DNA from: Gammaproteobacteria bacterium
GTDB lineage: Bacteria; Pseudomonadota; Gammaproteobacteria; Ga0077536
Direction of reading: 5' to 3'
DNA: 64,000 bases
NCBI GenBank assembly: GCA_963662545.2
Contig: CAXXLL010000002.1
Coordinates: forward strand, 1,440,001-1,504,000
The position numbers and the translations under genes are program-made. Below are positions 1 through 12,223 of the stretch, piece after piece. Every line of letters starts with the position of its first letter. The first letter of the stretch is position 1. The notes under the pieces are model-generated. The model did no database searches, had not been told where the DNA came from, and worked only from the letters and a program-made list of their open reading frames with translations.

Positions 1-302
1 CCGACGAAGGCACGGTTATAGTTACCGTGCATGCGGCCGGCGTCACGATACGCGACAGCGGGATCGGCATGAGCAAGGAACACCTCGGACGGATATTCAC
101 GCCTTATTACAGGGCGTCGAATTCTCGGGGAAGCGGGCACGGTGTCGGCTTGAGCATGGTCAAGCGACTCACCGATCGACTCGGTTGGTCCGTTGATATC
201 AAGAGTGAGCCCGAGCGTGGTACGCACGTGGATGTCACCATCCCGGATGCGCATGTGGAGCCGCTGGAAACGTCCGGCGCGCGGATCGCTACCGCGGGCT
301 AG
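1..302 (+). CDS. Sensor histidine kinase, C-terminal HATPase_c domain (5'-truncated by window edge)
   Basis: G1 box IRDSGIG, F box IFTPYYR, G2 box GHGVGLSMV; frame is open from position 3. Confidence 0.9.
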   Translation, partial: DEGTVIVTVHAAGVTIRDSGIGMSKEHLGRIFTPYYRASNSRGSGHGVGLSMVKRLTDRLGWSVDIKSEPERGTHVDVTIPDAHVEPLETSGARIATAG

Positions 303-412
303 CGCCCGGATTCGAACTGTTCTAGTTCGACGGGCGTTGGTTCAGCCACTGTCACGCCGATCGGCCTCCTGAATGGGCCATGCCTTTTTCTTCGGCGGTT
401 TCGGCCGCAGCG

Positions 413-2756
413 CTAAGCGGCAGCAGCGCGATCAGCAGTGCCGTTATCAAATGACGCATCGGTCTCTTTCTCCTCGATTTTCATCAACAGGGGCGGCAGC
501 ATCAGAAATACCATTATCAGTGCGAGCGTGATAATGAGGGCGGTCATCAGACCCATGCCTGCATTCATTTCGAAACTAGACGTGGCCAATACGGAGAAGC
601 CGACAACTAGGGTCAGGGTGGTCACCACGAGGGCCCGACCGACGGTTCGAAAAGCGTACCGCACGGCATCCGGCGGACTGAGCCCATTCTCGCGGCGAGC
701 GCGCAGATACTTGGATAGAAAATGCACAGTATCGTCGATCACAATGCCGAAGGTCATACCGGCGACAATTGACAGCGAGAGCCCGATCTCGCCGACGAAA
801 ATGCCCCAGATACCGAAACCGATCGCGGCCGGCGCAAGGTTCGGCAATAGGCTGATAAAGCCCAGCTTCAACGAGCGCAATGCGATGATCAGCATGCCCG
901 AGATCAAGACCAGGGCAATGCTCGTGCCAAAGAGCATCGCGTAGACATTGCGCTGACCAATATTGGCGAACATGAGGCTCACACTCGCGCTTTCGGTGTA
1001 CGCGAATGACGGTGCATTAGCGGCCGTCCAAGCCAAAGCCCTTTTGTTCAGATTGATCATCTCCTGGCTCGAGATGGTGTCGATGCTTACCGTCAATTTA
1101 GTCGATGATTTATCGACATTGATCTGATTATTCAGGTCGAGCCCGTAGGGTAGCGACATTTCGTACAGTAGTAGGTACTGGGCGGCGAGGTCGCGATCAC
1201 CGGGAAGTCGGTAATAGCTCTCGTTGTCCCCGTGCATATTCTTATTGAGGCGTTTCATGACGTTGGTGAAACGATCGACGTGAATCGTTTCCGGCTGCGC
1301 CTCCAGCCATTCGGCGAATCTTTCGACGTCGCGTTGAAAATCCGGGTCGCTGATCCCGCCGGATTCCCCCGCTTGGATCGAGTAACTGATTGAATCGACG
1401 CCGCTCAGGTTTTCCACCATGAAATCGCTGTCGGCGCGAAACGCAATCGACGTGTCGAAGTAATATAGAAAGATATCATTCAGTTCGTTACGCGGCAGAT
1501 TGGCGACTGTCACGACGCTGAGTATCGACATGACCCACAGCAACCGACGCCGTTTGGCGATGACGAATTCGGCCAATCGAGACATCGTGGTGTAGTCGTC
1601 TTGCGCGGTTTGTCGGACCTTTACCGGCAACAGGCTCATGAGAGCGGGGAGAAACGATACGGTGAGGCTGAAGGCGACGAGAACGCCAATCGATACCAGG
1701 GTACCGAGGTGGCCGAAGGGTGGCACCTCGGAGAAATTCATGGTCATAAATCCGATCGCCGTCGTCGCACTTGCAAGAAACACGGGATGCACGTTGATCC
1801 GGAGACTTTCCTCCATGGCCTGCAGCCTGGGTTCGCCCAGCAGCATGCCGTGGTGGAAGGTGACCAGCAGGTGAACGCAGTTCGCCACCGCAACGGTCAG
1901 AATGATAATGGGCGTGGACGCCGACATGCCGGTCAAGGGAAATCCGATATACCCACCAGCGCCCATTGCGGCGAAGATCGAGAATATGATGATCATCAAG
2001 GTCACAAGGGTCCCGAAAAAACCACCGACCAGCAGTGCGATCAATCCCATCATCAGAAAAAAGCTAATCGGGACGAGCTTCGTCATATCATCCGACGCTA
2101 CCTCGAAAAAGGCGTGGTCCATCATCACCATGCCGGTGAGATAGGCGTCGATACCCGGATGTCGGTTCTTGAAATCGGTGACCATGTCGCGCACGAACTC
2201 GACAACCAAGGGCGTCGCCTCGGCACGCTCGGCGGCCGGCATTTGCATGGTGATGTTGATCCCCGTGACATGCCCGCGGTCCGAGATGAGGCGTTTGTTG
2301 AGGGCCGGTTCGGCCAGTACCGCCAAGCGTATTTTCGCAAGCGCATCGTCGCTCAGCGATTGCGCGTCTTTGACCATATCACGCACGATGAGGTCGTCTT
2401 CTTCCGCCTCGGTGTATTGAAAGTTGGAGATCGAATCGACCCTGTTGGAATGGGGGACTTGCCACGCTGCCGTGGTCAATTCCTCGATCGCCTCGAGGTT
2501 ATCGCGCGTGAAGACGTCGCCACCCCGCGGTGCGAGTATGATGATAATGTTGTCGTCTTTGGCGTAGGTGTTCTACGACGTTTTCAAATGCCAGTAGTTC
2601 AGGGTTGTCGTCGCTGAAATAAACGCGGTAGCTCGTATCGAAACGCGATTTGACGTTGCCGTAGCTGAGCGCGGTGACCGCGGCTAGGCACACCACGATG
2701 ATCAGTAAGCGATGTTCCATAACCCAGCGTGCGTAGGCGGCTTCAAATCTGTTCAT
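413..2756 (-). pseudogene. MMPL/RND-family exporter, frameshifted near 2572-2577
   Basis: Two 6-TM halves and a GIVIDDTVH motif. N-terminus MNRFEAAYARWV...FSDDNPELLAFENV rejoins NTYAKDDNIII after one frameshift. Confidence 0.8.
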
Positions 2757-2804
2757 ATCGGCATGTTCATTACGGGAAGCTGGTTCCAATAGGGGTTGTT
2801 GTAA

Positions 2805-2972
2805 TCACTGACGCGCGGGCATTGGCCGTAGACCATCGAGCAGCAGCGTGACGACGCCGGGCGCGTTCGTCAAACTCCTTGCGATCGTAGAGCCCGACAA
2901 ACAGCGGCACGTCGAACAATGTAAAGGCGCTGTGCAGGTAGCATGCGCGCGATGCGACATCGTCGATCGCGG
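2805..2972 (-). pseudogene. Remnant C-terminus of a probable TetR-family regulator
   Basis: Minus strand reads DDVASRACYLHSAFTLFDVPLFVGLYDRKEFDERA/GVVTLLLDGLRP*, which has a TetR-like C-terminal helix; lies directly upstream of the RND gene. Confidence 0.4.
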
Positions 2973-3091
2973 GTCACTGTGTAATGGAAATATAAACGCT
3001 CAAACGGTTGATTTAGAAGGCAGCTGAGTGATCGTTGACCCCGTTCCGTTCGCCGTTCCCCCGTTTGTAGACAGTCATCCGGCCGCGCCCG

Positions 3092-3257
3092 GATGAGGAT
3101 TCAATCTGGCGGTTTGATCAGCACGTCGACGCGCATCGGTGCCTCGAAATAGGCGCCGGTGGGCTTTGTGTGACGGGCGAACCTCGCCTCGACTTCGGCA
3201 TACACCTCACTCGACAGCCGATGGTCCGTGTGGGTCGCTCTAATAACGCGCTCTTCG
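3092..3257 (-). pseudogene. Diverged copy of the 3' end of the SAM methyltransferase at 23022-23735
   Basis: Colinear nucleotide match to 23013-23178, including the stop codon. Confidence 0.85.
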
Positions 3258-3261
3258 GGAC

Positions 3262-3344
3262 CGTAAAGGTGACGGAGGGATTTAACTTTCGTAAAGGCGT
3301 AAAGGTGACGGAGGGATTTAACTTTAATCCCTCCGTCACCTTTA
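3262..3344. repeat. REP-like repeat cluster: two direct copies and one inverted copy
   Basis: CGTAAAGGTGACGGAGGGATTTAACTTT at 3262-3289 and 3298-3325, stutter CGTAAAGG between them, inverted TAATCCCTCCGTCACCTTTA at 3325-3344. Confidence 0.85.
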
Positions 3345-3353
3345 TTACGGACG

Positions 3354-3484
3354 CACCGATCGCCTTGGATGGTCCGTAGACATCCAGAGTGAGCCTCAGC
3401 GCGGTACGCGCGTGGAAGTCACCATCCCGGATGCACAGGTGGAGCCGCTGGAAACGTCCAGCGCGCGGATCGTTAGCGCCGGCT
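3354..3484 (+). pseudogene. Diverged copy of the 3' end of the histidine kinase (170-300)
   Basis: 131-nt colinear match that ends at the first base of the stop codon, where an IS end begins. Confidence 0.85.
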
Positions 3485-3770
3485 CATAGGTCGGATCTTA
3501 TAACCCGTTGAAAAGAGGGAACCAAAAGCGCTCCACCGGATCAAATCGTTGAAATCAACGGCAAGCAACTTCCGGGTCTGGGAGTATCGGATGGAGCACC
3601 AAGAAATTAGCACGGAAAGCCGTCAGTGAAAACGCACGCTGGGCGAGCGCACGCTCAATGACTTGGGGCGTGCAACGCGGTTCTGTCACCGTGAAAGGGA
3701 GATTACGCCGTTCCGTAAACTATCGCCTTGAAAACTTAGAAGTCGGCCTGAATTCGTGGGGATCCCTCAG
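3485..3770 (+). mobile_element. Fused IS remnants: left end and 5' transposase of the IS at 12224-13646, plus right end of an IS10-like element
   Basis: CATAGGTCGGATCTTAT end and KRTLGERTLNDLGRATRFC peptide with an internal stop; 3750-3770 matches 15427-15447 at 20 of 21 nt. Confidence 0.8.
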
Positions 3771-3861
3771 CCTCCGAGTAGAGTTCGAACAAGCCACGTT
3801 CCACCGCGGTCCGTACTGATTCGAACGCCGTTTCGCGGACGATCCGTTCGTCATGGAACAA
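3771..3861 (-). pseudogene. Second, internal fragment of the SAM methyltransferase paralog
   Basis: Colinear match to 23222-23312. Confidence 0.8.
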
Positions 3862-3947
3862 TCCGGGTAGATCGAACCCTGACGGTCACCGCGTGAAGTG
3901 ATGTGATCAAACGCACCCGCGAACTCGAGGCGTAATGGTCGTGACAT
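3862..3947 (-). pseudogene. N-terminal remnant of a REP-associated tyrosine transposase (RAYT, Y1_Tnp)
   Basis: MSRPLRLEFAGAFDHITSRGDRQGSIY is a typical RAYT N-terminus; truncated and fused to the methyltransferase fragment. Confidence 0.75.
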
Positions 3948-4013
3948 TCGGCTTCCTCTCCGAACAAATCATCAAAGGCTGGGTGGCGCTGGGCCCCTGG
4001 TTCTACGCGTTCC

Positions 4014-4538
4014 TTAGTGTGGTTGTGACTCAGTTTCGATGCTGCGCCGGATATCCTCGATGATCTTTACTCTGATACCCGCATGATCGGGATAGGTAAA
4101 GGAGCCAGTTTGCTTGGCAGCGGATACCTTCCAGCTCAATGTGTTCTCGCTGTCCGCGGCGAACTTGTAGACCTTTAGGTACTTGTTGTTGGCCTCCACT
4201 TCAATCATTTCGACGATCCAATAGTAGTCACCGCTAGCCGCCTTGAAGCTTTGAATTACGGCGAATTCATCGGGCGAAGGAAAAATGTTCTGAAAAGTCT
4301 TCTGAACACGATCCCAATTCTCCTTGAGCGTCTCAATCGTCAAGCCAGGTTGAAGGCTCAAATACAGTCTAAGGGTTTCGAAGTCACCTGCTCGTAGAGC
4401 ATTCGAAACTTTCCGGTAGGTTTGCTTGTGTGAGTCCAGATCCGCGCCAAGAGAGTTCGTGGCCAACGCCGGCAGGAGTGCAATGGCCAAGAGAAGACCT
4501 TTAAGCACCTTTTTCGCCCTTCGGTTAAGGGTGCACAA
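4014..4538 (-). CDS. Hypothetical exported protein
   Basis: 174-aa ORF with signal-peptide-like LLLAIALLPALATNSLGA; lower GC than flanks. Confidence 0.6.
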   Translation of the reverse strand: MCTLNRRAKKVLKGLLLAIALLPALATNSLGADLDSHKQTYRKVSNALRAGDFETLRLYLSLQPGLTIETLKENWDRVQKTFQNIFPSPDEFAVIQSFKAASGDYYWIVEMIEVEANNKYLKVYKFAADSENTLSWKVSAAKQTGSFTYPDHAGIRVKIIEDIRRSIETESQPH

Positions 4539-4594
4539 CGTGCCGCATTAAAGCTGCATTGCGCTTGCGCAGAGGGTCGAGAGAACTCCAATAA

Positions 4595-7500
4595 TCAGAA
4601 ACACATCAAGACTTGTTTCTCGTGCGATATTTGTGCTGCGCTTTCGTCTTCATCGTACGATGTCTCGTCATCCAACGCATCGTCCGATTGTGCAAACAGG
4701 TCATCAAGCACTACGATTTCATTGAGAGCGAGCAGCAATGTATCAGATGTACTGGTAGCTTCAGTGGTTGAGGGCAAAGGGCTGATACCAGGTGGACCTG
4801 GTATTGGAACAACGGGAGGAGGTGGCGGTAACGGTGGCGGCGGTGCCGCCCCGAGCAGACCAAATACTCCGGCTTCAATTAAACCGTTGCCAAACGGGTC
4901 CGATGCAAGTTGATTACAGGCAGTACAGGTCCCCGAAAAGCTAAGTAGCGCGGTTCCTGAGCCGCCATTGACATGTAAAACGGCATCCGCGTCGATGCTT
5001 GTGCCCGCATTTAAGGCGATGTTGCTCGCGGCCAAGGTAACATCGCCCGATAGTGATTTGATCATGGCGTAGGCGTTATTACCCAGCCCGGCGATCAAAT
5101 CGATATTCCCGCCCGCGGTTAAATCAATCACATCCGCGGTTAATTCAGCATGGGAACCATTGCCGCTGCCGCCCTGGACCACGATGGCACCGGATACATT
5201 CATGGTCAGTAAGGTCGGATCGATCGTGGCAAAGGCATTGGCGGCCGAGCCGCCGGTGACCGTCACATTGAGCGCGTCGATGGTTTGAACACCGGACGCC
5301 TTAAGTTGCGCATTAGCGCCGGCGGTTGTATTGCTGCCAGTGACATTTATGTTGCCCCCAGAAAAGTTTAAGGTCTGGTTGCCACCGGATTGAACCAATG
5401 CACTCGCAGAGCCCGCCTGGATGTCTAGAAGATTGCCAGATAATGTCATATCTCCGGTTGATACCAGGCTGCCGCCATTGCCTGCGTTGCCGATTCTGAT
5501 GCTCCCGGTACCCGCATTAATCGATGCGGTGCCGGTGACCGTTAGCGCATGATCGATGTCAACAGATTCCACACCGAGTAGATTAAGGCCTGATGCCGCG
5601 TTGGTATTGGCGGTCGTGATAATCGAATCAGACCCCGTCCCGCCATTAATAAAATTCGCGACCATGCCGCCATTTACGGTGAACGAATCATTTCCGGCTA
5701 AGCCAAAAATTCCTTCGATGCCACTAAAGGCAATGCCGGCGACGGTTGCGGCATCTGCTGAATTTAAGACGAAGGCGTCAGCCAACGCCGTTCCCGAAAG
5801 AATATCTGTCGTCGCACTGCTAGCCACAACAGTTTCAAAATTCGCAAATCCCCCGAATATATAGGAGCCGGGGCCATTGCCTGAACCATCGACATTGATC
5901 GTTTCCGCGACGGTTTTATTGGACATATCGAGTACGTCGGTCCCAGCACCACCGTCAAGCAGGCCGGTAAAAATGGCGAGGTTGTTAGCATCGAGGATAA
6001 ATGTATCGTTGCCACTACCGCCAGTGAGGTTACCGACGTTCAAAAAACTCATGCCCGTGACGTTAAAGCTGTTGGTCGCAGTCTGCGTGAATGTGACGCC
6101 CGCGGTATACGCGCTCAGATCGGCCGTGTTGCCCGACGGTGTCGATGCCCCATTAGTTTGGGAGACCGTCGCACCATTGGCGAAAATAAAATTATTGGTA
6201 CTAGTACCGCCTTGGAGTAAATTATAGCTGGTAAAGGTAAACCCAGCGACGTTGCCGGCATCGTTGGCAGTGATATTCCAGGTGTTGGCAACGTTAGGAC
6301 CGATCAACTGATCGCTGCTTGCCCCGCCAATGAAATTAGTAATGTTGGTGAATGAACCCAACTGCGAAGCCGTCCCCGCTGCGAGATTAACGACCAGCCC
6401 GGGTGAGCTTAATTGCGACGAGTAATCCAAGGTGTTGCTGCCGGCGAACCCATCGACCTGGCCGGAGAGACTGCCGACATCCGTGATAGCAAACGTCGGC
6501 GTTGGTGCCGCCGTTAAGGTTGGCAAAATCCGTGAAGGCGTCAGTATTCAAGGTGCCGCTGTCGGCGCCGGTGATGAACCAGCTGTTCACGATATTATCC
6601 GCTATCAGCGTGTCAGTGCCATCCGTACCACCAATCATCAATAGCGTATCAGCGGTGACATTGGCGATGCTGAGTGATTCACTCGAATCGCTGTTTGCGT
6701 CGACATTGATCGTCAGATCCAAAGTGCCGGCGGAATTCAGTCCAATGAGGACATTAAAACTGCCGCCGGTTATAAACGACATCGTGCGGTTGCCGGGAGC
6801 GGTGTAGCCGGAGATTTGAATATCACCGGCGATTGCATTGCCGATCGTCAAGGTCCCGGACGTGGTGCCGGTCAGATTGATCGCGTTCCATTCATTCGCG
6901 GTCAGGTTTAATGTCCCGCTACCGCCGGCCAGACCAATCGTGGTGCCGGGAGTAAACGGTGCAATGGTGATATCGCCACCATTGCCACTCACGGCGCTGT
7001 TAATATGGGTAGCGGCGGCGCCTTGCAGTTCGAGCGTGTCGACGGTGATATCGATGGTGCTGTTATCGTTAGCCAAAACACCGCCGCCGATGGCCATTTG
7101 CATGATCAGGCCTTGTCCGGCATTTTGATTTTCTATCGTGATCGATCCTGTGCCGGCATCTACGCCGGCACCATCGGGACCGATCGTAATATCACCCCCG
7201 GCGTTGTTCGTCAGGCCGGCGCCGTCTTTCAATCGGATCACGACATCGCCACCGGTGGTCGTGATCGTGGCGTTGGCGGAAAAATTAATGACGGCAGTGC
7301 CCGGATCACGTTCAGCATCAACAACACCGTCGGCAAGGGTGGAATTGGCAATCGCGGTAAAATTGCCGCCGTCGGTAGAAATATCGGCATTAAAGAAGAT
7401 GCTGCGGCCCGCCTGCAGGGTGAGATCGCCGCCGGATCCACCAGCGATAACGGCGATATCGGCACCGGCGTTCTGAGTGATGTCATTGTTGGCTTGCAAC

Positions 7501-10500
7501 ACTAAGGCCGTGCCGGTATTCAAGGTCGCTTCTATGGAGCCGTTGGTGATCGACACATCACTGCCCGGCGTGTCGCTGAAGAGAGAATTGCCTATACCGC
7601 CGCCGCCACTCGGATCAACCACAATGATCTGACCGGCATCTACCCCGTTTACCGTGTCTGCATTCGAACTGAAAATGGCAAACTTGCCGCCGCCAACATC
7701 GATGATGCCATCAGACCCAATCTGATCGTTCGCAGTCGAGCCCACCACCGAGTTGGAAGCGCTTACCGCACCACTAGTGCCCGTTGTGCCGTCGCCCAAT
7801 GTCACGGCTCCACCTTGCGTTACGACACCATTCCAGAGATCACTTGTTACTACGTAATTGCCGTCACTCAAGGCGGTGATGGAGCCGCCCACCTGGTCGA
7901 ATGCGGTCGAGCCGACCAGTGAGTTGGCGGCTGTCACTGTGCCAACGGTACCGATGGCGCCATCGCCAAAAGTAACTGCACCGACTTGCACGACGCTAAC
8001 AGTTCCCCAGCTGGGACTCCTCACGACATAATTACCATTGGTCAGCGCGGTAACGTCTTCGGCGATTTGTCCGTTGGTAGTCACTAGTGAGTTGGCGGCA
8101 CTCACGGAGCCCACGGTACCACCCAATCCATTACCCCAAGTTGCTGCACCGAGACCCAATCCGCCGGATTGCCAGTCCGGGCTCGAGACGACAAAATTTC
8201 CATTGGTCAGTGCGATTACACCCAGGCCCGAAGCGCCGCCTGACCCTACCTGGTCACCCATCGTTGTGCCGACCAACGAGTTGGCGGCACTCACGGCACC
8301 GACCGTTCCACCCAGTCCATTGCCCCAGGTCACGGCACCGGCATCCACGATGGCACCGTTGTCCCAATCAGGACTCGGCACCGCATAATTACCATTGCTC
8401 AATGCGATCACGGGGTTACCGCTCAAACTAGTTTGGCCAACAAAGTCGTTCGCCGTTGAGCCTACTAAGGAATTGGCGGCACTCACGGCGCCTATGATGC
8501 CGGTGGTGCCATCCCCCCAGGTCACGGCACCGACATTACTTAAGGCGCCGTTGTCCCAGGCGGGACTTACCACCACATAATTGCCGTTACTCAGCACGGT
8601 AACGCCGCGCAACCCAACCAGGTTATTTGGCGTCGTGCCCACTAGCGAGTTGGCGGCACTCACGGCACCGGTGATGCCGACTGTGCCGTCCCCCCAAGTC
8701 ACTGCACCCGCGTTCGAAAGCGCACCGTTGTTCCATTGACTACTAACCACCACATAATTGCCATTGGTCAGTGCCACGGCGAAGCCAATCTGGTCATTGC
8801 CACTTGTCCCCACCAGTGAGTTGGCGATGGTCACGGTGCCCACGGTTCCGCCGAGTCCATTGCCCCAAGTTGCCGCACCGGCACCTAACAAACCGCCATT
8901 GTTCCAGGCGATACTCCCAACCACGTAATTGCCATTGCTCAGCGCGGTGATGCCGCCGCTGCTAACCTGGTCGAATGTGGTTGTGCCCACCAATGAGTTG
9001 ACGGCACTCACGGCGCCCACAGTACCGCCAAGCCCATTACCCCAGGTTGCCGCACCGACCCTGGCTACCGCACCATCGTTCCACTTGTGGCTCCCGACCA
9101 CGTAGTTGCCGTTGGATAATGCGACAAGCCGAGCGCCTATCTCGTCATCAGTCGTTGAACCGACCAGCGAATTGGCGGCACTCACGGTGCCAGCGGTGCC
9201 GGTGGCGCCATTACCCCAGGTCGCCGCACCCGCATTGGTCATGGCACCGTTGTCCCAGAATCTACTAAACGTCACATAATTGCCATTGGTCAGCGCGGTA
9301 ACAGATATGCCTATTAGGTCTCCTGCGGTTGTACCCACCAAGGAGTTGACGGCGCTGACGGCGCCATTGATGCCGGTCGTGCCATCTCCCCAAGTTGCCG
9401 CACCGGCATTTACTATGCCGCCGTTGTCCCAGACGCCGCTGCCAACTAGGTAATTGCCATTGGTCAGTGCGGTGATACTGTTACCCACATTGTCATCTGT
9501 CTGACTACCGGTCAGGGTAGCCAACAGCGCACCAGTATTCGGATTAAATAGATAAACCGCGCCGGCATTATTCGCCACAAAATCATCTAAGCGCTCAGCT
9601 ATCGCCAACATGCCTGAACCCAGCAAAACACCATCATCCCCACCAAATAAATCGGCTGCGTTTGGATCGGGATCGAGCAATACCGTCAATCCCAACCCGC
9701 TCGCCGGTCCATTGGTCAGCGTGATGGTTTTGGGGTCCAGCAACAGGGTGCCGGCATCGCCCTGGCTGGCGGATAAATCGACCAGCCCGTTATAAGCCAG
9801 GCCCAGTTTCCCCGACACCTCCGCCGTGCCGCCGTTGCCACTGTGTGCGCCACCGCTTGCGCTGATGGTGCCCGAGAAGCGCGTTTGGCCATCGGACCAG
9901 ACCACCACCGTACCACCATCGCCCGCGGCGACGGCATCGGCGTTTAATAATGTCGTGCCATTGACCTGGGTATTAGTGGCATTGATTACACCGGCCTCAT
10001 CACCTTTGAACCCGCCGCCGATTCGAATAGCACCGCCTTGATGTTGGCCGTTGACATCAACTTCCGCGGCAGCGAGTTTGACGTCTGTGCCGAGCAGTTC
10101 GACCCGACCGCCGGTTTGTCCCGTCGCGCTGTAAGTCCCGGAGCTAAACAGACCCTCTTCGGCGTATTGTTGAATCGTGCCGCCGTGGCCGGTGCTTGCG
10201 TCCGCGCTCACCTTGGCGCTGCGTGTTACCAATGCACGCTTGCTCGAATGGAGTGTGACCTTGCCGCCCCTATCCGCACCATTGACGTCGATGCGGCCGG
10301 TCATTAGCAACGCGTCAGATTCAATGACGACATCGCCGCCCGTTTTGCCCGCGGCGCGAATCTCGCCGAGAACGTACACCATGCCGTTGTTGTCAGATTG
10401 GCTATTGTGCGCCGTGATGGTGACCGTGCCGGCGTCAAGCTCATTCGATCCTGAAGCACTAATTATCGATCCTTGATGCAGGTGAATATCGTCGCTTGCC

Positions 10501-11276
10501 GCCAACACCACCCGGCCTTGCGTGTCGACGAAGACACTATCGGCATTGATGGCGCCGGAATGTTCGATCGTGCCGGCGAAAATGGCCGCTGCACCGCCGT
10601 TGGTGATCAACTCGCCCAGATTGACCACCGCATGCGCCGGTGCCTGCACCTCAAAAACGATATCGCCGGAATCTAAACTGGCGATGGTGAGTTTCTCTCC
10701 GGCAGCAAGAATCAGCCGGCCCCCATCGGTCTCAATGATGCCGCTGTTTTCGATATTCGGGGCGATTAAAAAGATCTCGCCATTAGCGCCGGCCTTGATA
10801 TAGCCCTGATTGGTGATTGCACCGCTTTGGGGGCTGCCCTCGAAGTGCAAATTACCTTTGATGAAATCCTGATCGGTCATATTCAGGCTTGAGGCGATGA
10901 GACCCGCGGTATCGACAACCGCATCGGGGCCGAACACGATGCCATTCGGATTGAGCAAAAATACGCGACCATTGGACAACAACTGCCCCATGATGTCTGA
11001 GGGATTTTGTCCGGCAACACGGTTCAAAATAGCGCTGGCAGCGGACTGTTGTATGAAACGGGTGGTTTCATTCAGATCGATGCTGAAGGATTGCCAGTTG
11101 ATGATCGCCCCGGGCGTGTTGGTAATGTTTAGGGTCTGCGCGTTCGGGTTAGCGAAATTGACTTGACCATTGACGATACTTGGCCCCTGGGGGTTGGCCC
11201 AGGCGATCTCACCGAGACATAACCCGAGTAGCACGCCGCCGCATTGATTAACCCATGTTTTTTTCATCACCCTCAT
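4595..11276 (-). pseudogene. Filamentous haemagglutinin-like TpsA exoprotein (about 2227 aa), frameshifted near 6492-6500
   Basis: Signal peptide, TPS domain (INWQSFSI, NPNGIVFG), beta-helix repeats; ORFs 6387-11276 and 4595-6526 join as GGTNAD-x-FAITDVG. Confidence 0.85.
7690..9500 (-). repeat. About 10 tandem ~56-60-aa coding repeats in TpsA (DUF5650-like)
   Basis: Consensus ALTNGNYVVxSxxWxNG..AGAxTWGNG..GTVGAVSAANSLVGxTxxD. Confidence 0.85.
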
Positions 11277-12223
11277 CCTCGGTGCGCGGCCTGGTATCTC
11301 CGCTTATCATTCACTGAATGGTGCATTCGAATTCATCATCGAAGTTGTCACCCAGCAGATCGTAAAACGTCATGAAATCTTCATTGATGGTTTTGAAATA
11401 GGGATCGTCCAGTAATATCCGGGGGGGCGCTGCCAGGCGCACTAGCTTGCCATCGTCCTCACCCATCATGGCCGCTTCTCCATCCCCTAGATCGGTGTGC
11501 TGCCCATCATCGGTATCCACCGTCACATGTCCGTCGATGACATTGACGAACAGGCCGGGTTCGTAGCCGCTGAGCGGCACGGTTGCGAACAGGTTGGTAA
11601 AATCGATATCGATGGTATCGGGCCGCGGGGCCAGATCATCATCGATGAATGGTGGTGGCCCAGATACCGGTTGCGGCTCTGTATGGCGATTGCGTATAAA
11701 TACCGTGTTGCCTTCGTCCAGAGTCAATGGGCCATCGTCCAGTTCGACTACAATCTTGCCAGCCCAAACATGGGCGAATAGGCCATCGCCCTGGGGCAAG
11801 GCGGCCTGTGCCGGGGTAATGACCATATCGAGCAATCGCTGGAATGTCGGTATCTTAGTGACCGCGGTGAAGTCACCATCGACGCACGTCCCCTGGCAGA
11901 CGAGATCAAAACCCGTACCACGGATCCCGATGGTGGCAACCGTGGTAAGCACCTTGTAGGCCCGCCTGTTTCGTTTCCCGATAAGCCCAGTGAATGCGCG
12001 GATCCCGCCCCGCACAAGCTCAAAGACGGCATTGCCGTCATCCGGGCGCTGCGCATTGAACACGAGATTTTTTATGGAAAATTCCGTATTAGAGAGCAGC
12101 GTGAATCGGCCCTCATCTCTCAGCGCGAGCAACGCAAAACTGTGGGTTCCAGTAGCGAGTTTATCGCCTTCATATAGCGGCGCGCCTTTTACTGCTGGTC
12201 TTGTGCGCTGGTTAGTCCCGGTT

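Noticed and set aside
4595-6526. Separate 643-aa gene, or a CDI toxin tip
   Set aside because: It continues TpsA across a frameshift and has no VENN motif or recognisable toxin domain.
7690-9500. Regular DNA repeats that could be taken for a CRISPR array or DGR template
   Set aside because: They are in-frame protein repeats with synonymous variation; no cas gene or reverse transcriptase is nearby.
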